Below are positions 52,138-64,000 of a DNA stretch of 64,000 nucleotides, piece by piece. Position numbers and translations under genes: made by a program. How positions within the stretch are numbered: position 1 is the first letter of the stretch; the number at the start of each line of letters is the position of its first letter. Under the pieces are notes generated by a model. It was not told the DNA's origin, ran no database searches, and saw only the letters and a list, made by a program, of their open reading frames with translations. Origin of the DNA: Octopus sinensis (lineage: Eukaryota); NCBI RefSeq assembly GCF_006345805.1, contig NC_042998.1, forward strand, positions 62,930,001 to 62,994,000. The letters are read 5' to 3'.

Positions 52138-52393
52138 ATATTCAACTGGCCTTGCTCTCTTTAAAATCATGGAAAAACTAGCGGGAAAAATCTGGACAGG
52201 ATTGCGAAAATACATAGTTATTATAAAAACATCTGGCTGCTATATAAGTGTATGTATATATATATATATATATATACATGCACTTATATAGCAGCCAAAT
52301 GTTTTTATAATAACTATGTATTTTCGCAATCCTGTCCAGATTTTCCCCGCTAGTTTTTCCATGATTTTAAAGACAGCAAGGCCAGTTGAATAT
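52138..52393. repeat. 256-bp palindrome centred on (TA)n
   Basis: Arms ttcaactggccttgc...ggctgctatataagtg and cacttatatagcagcc...gcaaggccagttgaa, about 4 mismatches. Confidence 0.9.
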
Positions 52394-52465
52394 CTTGTGT
52401 TCAATTCACCCCCGTGTTACTGTTCCCATCCCGTGTCTATAAATATATTTAACTTATACGCATTC

Positions 52466-52565
<100 letters not shown>

Positions 52566-52582
52566 ATCTATCTATCTGTCTG

Positions 52583-52651
<69 letters not shown>

Positions 52652-54626
52652 ATTATGTTCCTTTATTTTATGCAAGTTTAAGCACCAAGCACAACATAGA
52701 ACATTTACTAAAGAAGGGGATTCCGTACAAATAGAAGCGTCAAATTCTTTATAAAACTAATTTTCAATGGGGCTTCACGTTTTATCTAAATGTTTATTCA
52801 AACGGAAGTTTCAATTAGCTTTTCCAAGTTTTTATACAGAAAAATTAGAAAGCCTCATGTTAAGAATCTGCTATCAATGTTGTTATGCAGAATGAGGAGA
52901 TTGCTTCTTTAAGAAAGAATAGAAGCATTCAATTGTATGAGATAAAGGATAAAATTAAAAAAAAAAAAAGAAATACAAAAGACAAGGAGATATTAGTGAT
53001 GGATGTGAGCAGAGAAAATGAAACTGTAAGTGACTTTAGGCTTAGTTGAATAGATAACCCACTCGGCTGGTTTTTGCTAATGAATTTATTAAGGTATTAA
53101 AAAAATATATGATGAAGGAACGTGAAACTAATTTTGATGTTTTTTAATATGTGCTGAATGGAGTGAGTGTGATCATGGCGTTTATTTTTTAACATCGTCA
53201 AAATATAGCGTTTATTTTCGAATGTAACTTCGTTCGTATGTGAGTGTCATTGTTACCCAAATTTTATTATGCATGTGAGTATCTATGCGTCTGTATATGT
53301 TTGTGTGCGTAAGTCTGTGTGAATGTGTGTGCATGCGTATGTAGATGCGTGTGTATGTGTGTTTGTGAGAATCTGGCTGTGTGTGAGGCAAAGTTTCTCG
53401 CGTTATATATTTCATAACACAGTTTTTTAAATGTTCTATATAGTTATATAACATATCCTCGTATTTTGTGTGTTCCTTATAATTGTATTAAGTGTATAGC
53501 AGCATAGTTTATCTGTTCTATATTCTTGTATTAAGAGAATATCAGCAAATATTCTCTCTCTATACATATACGCTTTATATCTGTTACATATGTACTTGTA
53601 TATTTTGCAAGCTATTTATACTTCTTAATCCAGTATATTCTATTTGATGTATAAAACTCTCTTACGTCCATACCAGCATAATTTGTATTTATATATATAT
53701 ATATATAGTTCTTGAAATTATAGACCAGTATATTTTTTCATGTTCTGTCATAATTCCATTAAGTATATACCTGTATATTTTGCGTGGTACAGATAATTCT
53801 AAGTATATAGCAGTATACATCCTATACAATTGTATTACGCATTATCAGGATATTTACTTGTGTTTGTATGTTTATATGCAAGCATGTGTGTAAATGTGTA
53901 ATTTTCCTATCTGTGGGGTGTGTGTGCATCTGTATATATCTATATGTTAAGGTACTTAGATTTTTTTTGAAATTGTAAAAGGATATTTAAAATAAAAGTA
54001 TTAAGTATTAAATGTTTTAAAGAATAATTTCCCCCAAGGATTGAATTAAAATTTTCTTGAAATATTTATCATATGCGTTATATAATTCTATTCAATATAT
54101 ATCTGCATGCCTTGCTTTGAATTGTTTGGGTTTAAATTTGTTATGTGGTTGTGAAGCATGCTCTTTTAGACATTTAATATTTTATCCAAAAATATTTATT
54201 TCATATACGCGCACGTTATACAAATATGAGATGTGAAATTATGGCATATATTTTCATGTAACAATGCATATATGTGAACGTTTATATGGATTTGGTCACT
54301 GGTGGAGCATCTAGAGCATTACTTCAAAACATGTGGTCCTACGGTCTATCTCAATGACTGGCATCTTGGAATCTTGGACAAGGTGCCTTTGTACAATCCC
54401 CGTTAGACGCAAGCATTTTGAGAAACCTTAGGCCACCTTGCAATTTGCTCCATCGATGGCACCAAGCTGAAAGAAGTTAGTGAGTCCCAGTGCCTTGGTT
54501 ATTTGTTTACAGACTGTAAGAAAGTGCGGGACGATGTTGGAGTATTTCTAATAGCTTGAAAATATATGATAATCAAGTATTTTGAACTCCAGAAGGCTTT
54601 CCTTGCTCACAACATGTGTAGAGAAT

Positions 54627-55005
54627 ATTCTTTTCTACTCTAGGCACAGGACACGAAATTTTCGGGGAGGGGGGCCAGTCGATTAGATCAACCCAAATAC
54701 GTAACTGGTACAAAATTTATCGACCCCGAAAGGATGAAAGGCAAAGTCGACCCCGGCAGAATTTGAACTCAAGAACGTAAAGACAGACGAAATACCTATT
54801 TCTTTACTAACCACAAGGGGCTAGACACAGAGACGACAAACAAGAACAGACAAGAACAGTGCGTAACTGGTACTTAATTTATTGACGCCGAAAGGATGAA
54901 AGGCAAAGTCGACCTCGGCGGAATTTGAACTCAGAACGTAAAGACTGACGAAATACCGCTAAGCATTTCGCCCGGCGTGCTAACGTTTCGGCCAGCTCAC
55001 CGCCT
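54627..55005 (-). mobile_element. Two adjoining SINE family B copies with different 3' tails
   Basis: The core gaaaggatgaaaggcaaagtcgacc occurs twice; tails ...tagagtagaaaagaat (54627) and ...tagtaaagaaata (54797); full head ends at 55005. Confidence 0.8.
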
Positions 55006-57134
55006 GTGTGTAGGGACTATTGACAAAGAATGATCTTCACGACTCTCTTAATGGACCCCAACAGTTTTCTCGCAGGGATGTTAAGACATCTCATGTTTTC
55101 CGCACAAGAGCAAAGACAATTTTTATGAACACATTCCGTCAATCTTATGCCAATATTGCTTAACGTAGATCAGGTCTTGCTAGTAATTACTACCATGCTG
55201 AACAACACATCAATTTAATGTTATATTTTGAATAATTCTGTAACCTAACAGAGGACGAATACTACCCAACTCGATGGACGTTATTGGCTGGGATACACAA
55301 CATGAACATGAAAATCTGCTAAATAAGAATGGGGATAATACATTGATGATGCAGCACTGTGAGTGGTGTGTCGGTTGCAGTCACTGGAAGAAGAAAATTA
55401 GGTAACAGAAAATTGTGAGAAAAACCATAGAAAACTTTGTATTTGGAATTCTAAAGTAAAGCCCGTGTATTGTTTCGTGTGTATTTACTCAATGAGAATT
55501 AAGTTAAGTATATCCACCCATATCTGCAAAATACTCAGGCGCTCCTTGCGCTCAGTTAATGAGTAGATTCTTCAGTAAATCAAAAACTCTGTAGTGCATC
55601 GTTGGAATCTAGGGTTGATTCATCGTAAGTAGTCCGTTGATGGATTAAATTTAACCCTGTATTTATATGATTGATGTTGCTTAATCTGCCAGTCACATTT
55701 TGCTGAACTTCAAGCTTACGGACATATAAGCAAGCCAAAACCAGCTGTCAGGCAGTAAAAGACAAACAGAAAAAAACATAGGTACACACACACACACACA
55801 TACACAAAATTCAGACACATGCACTCAGACACAAACGCACTCACACACAAACACACTCACACAGAGACACATAGACAAACACGCACACACAAATACACTT
55901 ACAAATAAGCGAGCACACACACAGACACACACAAAGACACAGAATCCCCCACACATACATACACACACAGTCACACACACACGCACTCCCACACATAGAC
56001 ACACGCACTCACACACAGACACACACGTACTCACACACACCTACAAATACACGTACGAACAAGAAGGCGCACACAGAGAGACACACAGACGCAGACAGAC
56101 ACAGACGAAAAGACAGAAACCCAAACACACAAACACACACACATACACACATACAAACACTCACACACACACACACTCACGCACAGACACGCACACACAC
56201 ACATACACACACATACACTCACACCATGCAGACACCTACACATACATACAGACATGAATACGTACATCAGGGTACTGCATTGCTTCCATTTCACAATTTC
56301 CCACATAAGGCATATTACATTACTTGCAAAAGAAAAAAAGATACGTGATCAAAACGTATATATATAACGATAATATAAAATATCTAAATGTTTTCATGAC
56401 ATATTTTTCAATACAAGAAAAAGAAATATAGTGAAGTTTCTTGTAAAATAAACATCAACGATTACGTAAGACTCGGAAAAAATATAATAAAAATCGTTCG
56501 ATGTGCATTTCGGGAAAAATATGACGAAAACAAAATGAATAAACAAAAACGAAGCAATATTATAAATTGTTCAATGCGTTTTAAAGAAAAAGGAGAGAAA
56601 ATTATGAAAATATGGAAAAATGAAACAGGAACTTGTAAAGTAAAAGAAATGGAAATACGCCAATAAAAATTGCTAAAAAACAAGCTGTTTTATATTTTCT
56701 TTCCGCTGATATTTAAATTTACAAAAAATGCCTTCATGGTGTACTATTCTCTATTGAATTGTAAGAAAATTTCAAAAAAGTGTCGAATATCATCTGTACA
56801 AGATTGTTACAAAATTATTTTACTTTCTCGGTCGCCATTTTCCTTTTCTCTTCAAATATTTCGTTTTCAGTGACAAAGCCAAATGGGTTCGAAATTGGCG
56901 TTAAATGGGTGTGTGTGCGTGTGCGTGTGTGTATCTGTGTATGTGTGTGCAAGTGGGGAGGGTTATTTACCCACAACATATGCTGTTGTCACACCACCAA
57001 CGCCATCGCTCTTATCGTCGTCATTGTCATCATTATAACCAGAGACGTCGTCGTCATCGAAGACATCCTCCACACCCTTCAACTCTTTACCCTTCCTTCT
57101 TCTTCTTCCCCTTCCTTCTCATCTTCCTCTTCCT

Positions 57135-57135
57135 T

Positions 57136-57173
<38 letters not shown>

Positions 57174-57363
57174 AATCATAATCATCATCATCATTAGTAG
57201 CAGCTACAGCACTAGCAGCAAGAGAGAATTCATGATTGATATTCTTGACATACAGTGACGAATACAATTCCCCACCACCACCACCACTACCACCACTACC
57301 ACCACTATTACTACTACTATTACTACTACTATTACTACTACTATTACTACTACTATTACTACA

Positions 57364-57421
<58 letters not shown>

Positions 57422-57520
57422 AGATGATGACGATGAACACGACGACGAGGACGGCGACAGCGATGATGACGATAACCTCCAGAAGCACCAAAACGACCTC
57501 CATCAACATTATTGTCATTG
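57135..57520. repeat. (ATC)n, (ACC)n and (ACT)n trinucleotide tracts
   Basis: Direct reading. Confidence 0.9.
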
Positions 57521-57699
57521 TACATTTCAAATGGACAAATTTCGCAATTTCGTCAATAGCCTAAAATTCCTATGAATCTAATAGTTTTGCACACATTAAC
57601 TGCCAGAAATTGAATATTTTTAACAAATCTAATACAATCCCACCACAACCACTTATATTTATACATTTATATGAGTGTGCGTGTGTGTATGTGTATATG

Positions 57700-57922
57700 C
57701 AGTATTACCTCGCCACATCGCGGTTCACCTATCGCGGTTTATTATTTAAGCTTAAATCGATTCCTCTGTGGTGTTGTTTTGCATTTATAATAAAATAAAT
57801 ATATACAAATTATAAACATATTTTTAAAAAAATATACAGTACAGTAATGCTTCTACTTTGCGGACTTTTACCTATTGCGGGGTTTTTGAAACGTAACACC
57901 CTCGATAGTCGAGGGATTACTG
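57700..57922. mobile_element. Tigger/pogo-like MITE
   Basis: Imperfect TIRs cagtattacctcg and cgagggattactg. Confidence 0.6.
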
Positions 57923-57953
57923 AATATATAATATATATATATATATATATAAT

Positions 57954-57997
<44 letters not shown>

Positions 57998-58325
57998 GGG
58001 GAGAATTCACAAACGAACAAAAGACGAGACAGGTGGTGTAGACAAGAAACTGCTTCGTTAAAGCAGTCCTTCCCGCAAAGCAATTTTAATAAAATTTGGG
58101 ATTTTTTACTGAGGTTTAAAGGGGTAACAAAAAAAACAAGACAATAAGACCATAACAGTAAAAACCAACGGACTGTATGAGCGTGAAACCACTATGACGT
58201 CTCAGAAACCGGCTGATGAGTAAATGTGCTACGAAAGTTTCTTGTGTCGTTTTTGTTTCCCTTTTCTGTCCGTTTTCTTTTCGCCCAGTTTTCGTCTATT
58301 TTCCCTTCTCCCTCTATATTTTGAA

Positions 58326-58358
<33 letters not shown>

Positions 58359-58442
58359 CAAATTAGGCATCTTAATTAAATGTTACCTCAATTGCCGTCT
58401 GCTTAGCGATTATTTATTTGGAGCTATAGCCTAAGGCTTCAC

Positions 58443-59136
58443 TTGACCTTGAACACTGCTGTGCATGTTATAACGCTCTAGCTAACTTTTGTTGCTTACG
58501 GTAGTGCTTCGAAGGAAGGTGTGTAGCGTGTGACTGTCGCATTGACCATGACAGAAAAAGTAGAGCAGAAAATCTGCATCAAATTTTGCAGTGTTTTCAA
58601 AATGTTTTCATCGTTCCCGACACAACCAAGGAAATCTTGTGCAACTGAAACCCGAGTGGCTTTTTGGCCAACTAAAAGCGGTTTTGACACAATCTAGGCA
58701 GAAACGCGTCTCATACTCAAATCGTCTGTGATAATTAACTGAACTGAACAGTAACTAACCTGAACATCCTCTCGTAACTCACGCATGGTGATTCGATGAT
58801 TTTCCCCTCACAGCAGCACACACATCTGCGATGTTTTTCTCAGTTCTGCAGGTTTCGGGCCTCCCAAAATGTTCGTCAATATCGATACTTTTCGGCCATC
58901 TTGGAAACATCTGAACCACTCGTACACTTGCGTGTAGCTCATACATTTCACTCCATACACTTTCCGCAACTTTGCGCAGGCCTCCGAGCAGTTATTGCCA
59001 CTAAAGCCTCCTCTGTCATGGTCAAGGCGACGATCACACGATACACTCCTTCATTCGAAGCACTGCTGTAAGCAGCGGAAGTGAGCAAGAACGTTAAAAC
59101 TTAGTGCGCATGCACAGCAGATGTCATCAAGGTCAA
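58443..59136 (-). mobile_element. Mariner derivative with two inward-facing 5' ends
   Basis: Minus strand: SEACAKLRKVYG..MSYTQVYEWFRCFQDGR...HRITMRELREDV...DDLSMRRVSA; plus strand from 58548: MTEKVEQKICIKFC; ~110-bp inverted homology at the ends. Confidence 0.8.
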
Positions 59137-59497
59137 TATTTGCTTTACTCTGCATGGTTTAGCTTTGTAACTATGTGAACAGTCCGGATACTTCGTACAT
59201 AGTTAAAGATCAAATGTATACAAATACGCCCGCACAAAGACACACAGTAATACCTACGCACACGCACATTTGTCGTTATGCTTCACTAAGTATGGTGCTG
59301 GCAGGACTAGTTCCTTATTTTCCTTCGCGGAGTGACACAGAAGTTGTAGCGTCGCTTTGAAACTAGTAACAAAGATAACTCCAAGAAAGAATTGTGAATT
59401 TGAAAACAGAGACTAACGTTCACTAAAGGAAGATTTCAGTATTTTAAACTTTACGTTTGCAATATTTCCTGCCATCAAATGTAAATGCTAGATATAC

Positions 59498-59532
<35 letters not shown>

Positions 59533-59583
59533 CACACAGAAATGCGCACACTCTCCCACACATACAGACACACTCATGTATAT

Positions 59584-59629
<46 letters not shown>

Positions 59630-59758
59630 GTATATATATATATGTATACATACATGTATATGTGTATATATATACATATAAATATCTATTTATACTTATA
59701 TATTTGAAATATATATATATACAATATATATGTATATATATATATATTTATACTGTAT

Positions 59759-59814
<56 letters not shown>

Positions 59815-59882
59815 TATATATATATATGTATATACACATATACATGTATAAATACGTATATATACATATACTTATATATTTG

Positions 59883-59937
<55 letters not shown>

Positions 59938-60562
59938 GCATGATATTAAATTACTTCTTATTCAACATGGCAACTGCATTTGTCTTGCTTATTCGATGTC
60001 GCATTACTTAAGTTTTCAGTTATTCTCTTCATTTGTGTTTTATGTTTCACAAAATCAATTCAAACTACTTGCTTTATCTTTTTAATTACGTACTTGGTCG
60101 TGTTGCTTCTGATATATTTTTTGTTACAACTTCTCTATGCTTCGTTGTAAGAATTATTTCCTCTTCTTGCCACTCCTTCATCTTCTTCATGAAATATTTG
60201 CTCTTTTTATTTTTCTACATTTACAACTTCAATTTTCTGCATGGATTACGTCATTTAGTACGAGATTAAACTTTTAGATATTTCCGATTGTCAAGCTTGG
60301 AGATTTCCCATGGGTGAGATTAAACGATTAAACATTACTTAAAACAAATGCGTGGATATATGTATGTATGTATTAATCTTTGAGTGTGTGTTTATGCATT
60401 TTTCTATGTATGTAATTCTGTATGTTCTCATATACGTATATGTATCGCAACATATATAAATATATATATATATATAGATGTATATGTTTCGATATCAATA
60501 CATATATAAGTACAAAGACAATTACGTATACATATACGTATCTATGTATCTATCTATGTATG

Positions 60563-60721
<159 letters not shown>

Positions 60722-60817
60722 TGATTTAAATATATACATATGTATGTGTATGTGTATATACAAACATATATACATATATATACATACATAAATATACATA
60801 TCCATACATAAATACAT

Positions 60818-60852
<35 letters not shown>

Positions 60853-60861
60853 CATATGAAT

Positions 60862-60902
<41 letters not shown>

Positions 60903-62219
60903 CACACGCACACACATGTAAACATATATGCGTAAATATATATTTATATTTAAGTTTCTGCGTGGACATGTATCTTTATGTATGTGTTTATATGTTTTTA
61001 ATCACACATTGCGTACATAAATATACAGGTGTGTAATTCTTTCCATTTCATCTCTTCACACACGCACATATATACATATGTGTGTGTGTATGAATATATA
61101 TATATATAAGGATGGTTTTATGCATGTAATTATGCCAGAGTTTGTGCGTGAATAGTTGTAATTGTGAGTTCGTGCAATATTCAGATTCATATGTGTGTAT
61201 GTGTGTCTGTGTGTGTGTGCACATGTGCTTGTGCGTCGCGCAATGTTTATAGGGTAATTCAATACTTCGTCTTCCCCGGAGGGAATTTCACGAGCTGTCA
61301 TTCTGCAGGCCGTCAGAAAATGAGCTTATATTCTTACTTAACTACAGACGTTTCTTTGTTTTTTGTTTTGTTTCTGAAGTCCATAACTGTAATATATATA
61401 TAAATAGATAAAGAAGAGAGCAATATGTGAAATACAAAGCGAAACGAAACAAAACCAGCAACGTCAAACCCCAACTCCAACCATTAGCAGCAGCACCCCC
61501 AGCTTCTGTGCCACCACCATCACCACCAACAAAATGTCATGAACGAAGCAGAAGATTGAAGGAAAATGAAAGAAAAAATATCAAACTGAAAGGAAAAGAG
61601 ACATTTTCCAGCAATTACTCCAACTAGTTATCTTTCTGCTCAAGTACATTCACTTCAAACTGGAATCAGGAAAGTAGACCATGCTGACTATTTCTTTTTA
61701 AGCTGACATTCTTTGCAGTTCGAGGCAATCAATTTTCTGCGTACGTCATACTTCTTAAAGGAAGAAAAAAAATCTTCTACCATAATAATTGTTTCTTGTT
61801 TGCTTAAAAAAGACGGAACCATAAACAAACACAATATAGAAATAAAAAATAAATGCTCACAACTAAAGTATTGACAAATTATGCATCTCCTGCTTAATTA
61901 AAACAATACCAGACCTTTTTGTGAAAGACGTAGATTAAGCGTAAGATGGTGGGAAACACTTTGAGCATTCAGAATCGTAATGAAACGGGGATATTTCTTG
62001 GTTATGCGTTTTGCATGAAGAACATATAGTTAAAGAATTAAGAGAAGCTTTGATACATAATCGAGTGAACCAAGCACATTTTAAATTAATTGAAATATAA
62101 TTAGCTTGACAAGAACCAGCAGGGTTGTGGCGTTTATTATCAAGAGGTAATGTTTAAGGGTAAATGGGCAGGGAGGTCGTCTATTATTTCGACATATTTT
62201 TTTGGTTTTGAATATTGAT

Positions 62220-62371
62220 TGATCAACCACATGGTTCTTGGTTCAGTCCCACTGCGTGGCACCTTGGGCAAGTGTCTTCTACTATAGCCTCGGGCCGACC
62301 AAAGCTTTGTGAGTGGATTTGGTGGACGGAAACTGAAAGAAGCCCATCATATATATGTATATGTATATATG

Positions 62372-62436
<65 letters not shown>

Positions 62437-62518
62437 TATATATAGGGAAGCTTTATGAAAATAAACAAAAGACGAAGGCAGGTGGAAAACATATATATAT
62501 ATATATATTATATATATA

Positions 62519-62553
<35 letters not shown>

Positions 62554-63375
62554 ATCTTACTTAAGGGGGTGCGTGCGTTTAGTCATATAATATATTAATA
62601 AATGAAATAAAACATATGCATATATATAAACATATATGTACGTACCTACCTCTACATGTACATATACACGCATATATGAGTACAGGACACCAAAGGGACG
62701 TCGAACACAAAGAGAAACGAAAACATAGACACAAACCAAAGGAACTGGACATTTTTTTAAAACAACAAAAAATGGAGTACAGGACAATTAACACAAAGAA
62801 AAAAACCCTATGGTTTCATCTACTCTACGTTTCGAAGGATAAAAGCGAAACGTATCTTCGACAAGAAACTTTCCTTCCTGCGAAAAGCAAATCAATTAAA
62901 ATTCTGAGATCTTTTCGCAGAGGGGTAAAAAATGGTAAAAAAATGGTAAAAAAACAGGACAGTAACGACAGTACAAAAATATAAACAGTAAAAGACAGGA
63001 CAGGGAAAAACAAGATAAGAAGGGCTGTTAACGCCGAACGAAAAAAGTATTGCAAACGCAGAATTTTTTGTGAACGACAGGGGAGCAGGAAGAATGTCGT
63101 CCAGTTACCTTGAAAGGCCAGAAAGACAGTCAGAGCGGAAGTATCGTCGCGGGTGGACGACGGGAAGGGGGGAGGAGGAGCAAGAGGAAGGGAGAGAAGA
63201 AGGGGAATGGCTGCGAGGAAACCATGAAGAATGGTGAGGAGGAGAGAGAGAGTGAAGAATGAGAGAGAGAGAGAGGAAGAGACAAGTTAAGTAGAGGAAA
63301 AAGAAAATCAAAGAATAGGGAAGGGACAGAAAGGTGAAGAGTGCGCGTCAGAGTTAATATCAAGACCAAAACTTG

Positions 63376-63432
<57 letters not shown>

Positions 63433-63590
63433 TATGCCTGTATTTGTGCCCGCAACATCGCTTGACAACCAGTGAGACCGATAGAATAAGTACTAGGCTT
63501 ACAAAGAATAAGTCCTGGGGTCGATTTGCTCACTAAAGACGGTGCTCCAGCATGGCCACAGTCAAAGGACTGAAGCAAGTAAAATAGTAT
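62220..63590 (+). mobile_element. SINE family A split by ~1 kb of nested repeats in its (TA)n centre
   Basis: Head at 62220-62355 and tail at 63410-63590 (gaataagtactaggcttacaaagaataagtcctggggtcgatttgctc...). Confidence 0.7.
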
Positions 63591-63690
63591 GTTCCACAAC
63601 CATAGCGCAAGGTGAATTGTTTCATTCAAGTCCATGCATAACAAGATCAGTTTTCATTATGTCAGTTATATTATGTATATAATTCCTCTT

Positions 63691-63950
63691 GTGAGTGTGC
63701 ATGGCCTAGCGTTTCTGGTGTTGCATTCAAGATCGCAAGGTCGTGGTTTCAATTCTTGGACCGGGGGATACTTTGTGTTTTGAGCAAGACACCTCCTCTC
63801 ACGTTGCTCTGCAATCACTTCGACATCTGATGAGTGTTCCACCATACAGGTTACGGCAACCTGATAGAAGGAATGAGGTAATGTACAGAACAAACATTGG
63901 ATTTCTATAAACAAGTCATTTGTGCCGGTTGTTCCTCAGAATTACCGAAC
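63691..63950 (+). mobile_element. SINE family C-related, diverged
   Basis: gtgcatggcctagcg head, gtttcaattc B-box-like motif, ttgagcaagacacc..cacgttgctc CORE-like segment. Confidence 0.55.
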
Positions 63951-64000
63951 CGCCCTTCTCGGACTACAAGAAACTACCATTATCATAATTCATCTCATTC

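Noticed and set aside
55250-55365. Open 107-nt candidate exon (aacAG...CACT|gtgagt)
   Set aside because: Weak acceptor, no recognisable peptide and no compatible neighbouring exon.
62822-62870. Minus-strand TTGTCGA...TCGAAACGTA hammerhead candidate
   Set aside because: Two core substitutions and weak stems; too degenerate to call.

Overview
AT-rich eukaryotic DNA dense in microsatellites and transposable elements, with one 100-N assembly gap (32727-32826). The SINE repertoire resembles that of octopod cephalopods (inference from recalled family sequences, not a database search). I found no confidently identifiable host protein-coding gene; nearly all listed ORFs are microsatellite translations or decayed TE frames. 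The window holds four tRNA-derived SINE families, decayed LINEs (two long RTE copies, a Tx1/L1, R4/Dong fragments), Tc1/mariner/maT remnants, several MITEs, non-autonomous Helitrons and fold-back palindromes. The most notable signal is a set of minimal type I hammerhead-ribozyme motifs in non-coding repeats. One repeat appears to be a tRNA-headed SINE ending in a hammerhead, and at 19743-21288 two head-to-head copies form one composite insert flanked by a 16-bp direct repeat. A second repeat family carries a hammerhead-like fold with an A6-to-U core change in both copies.
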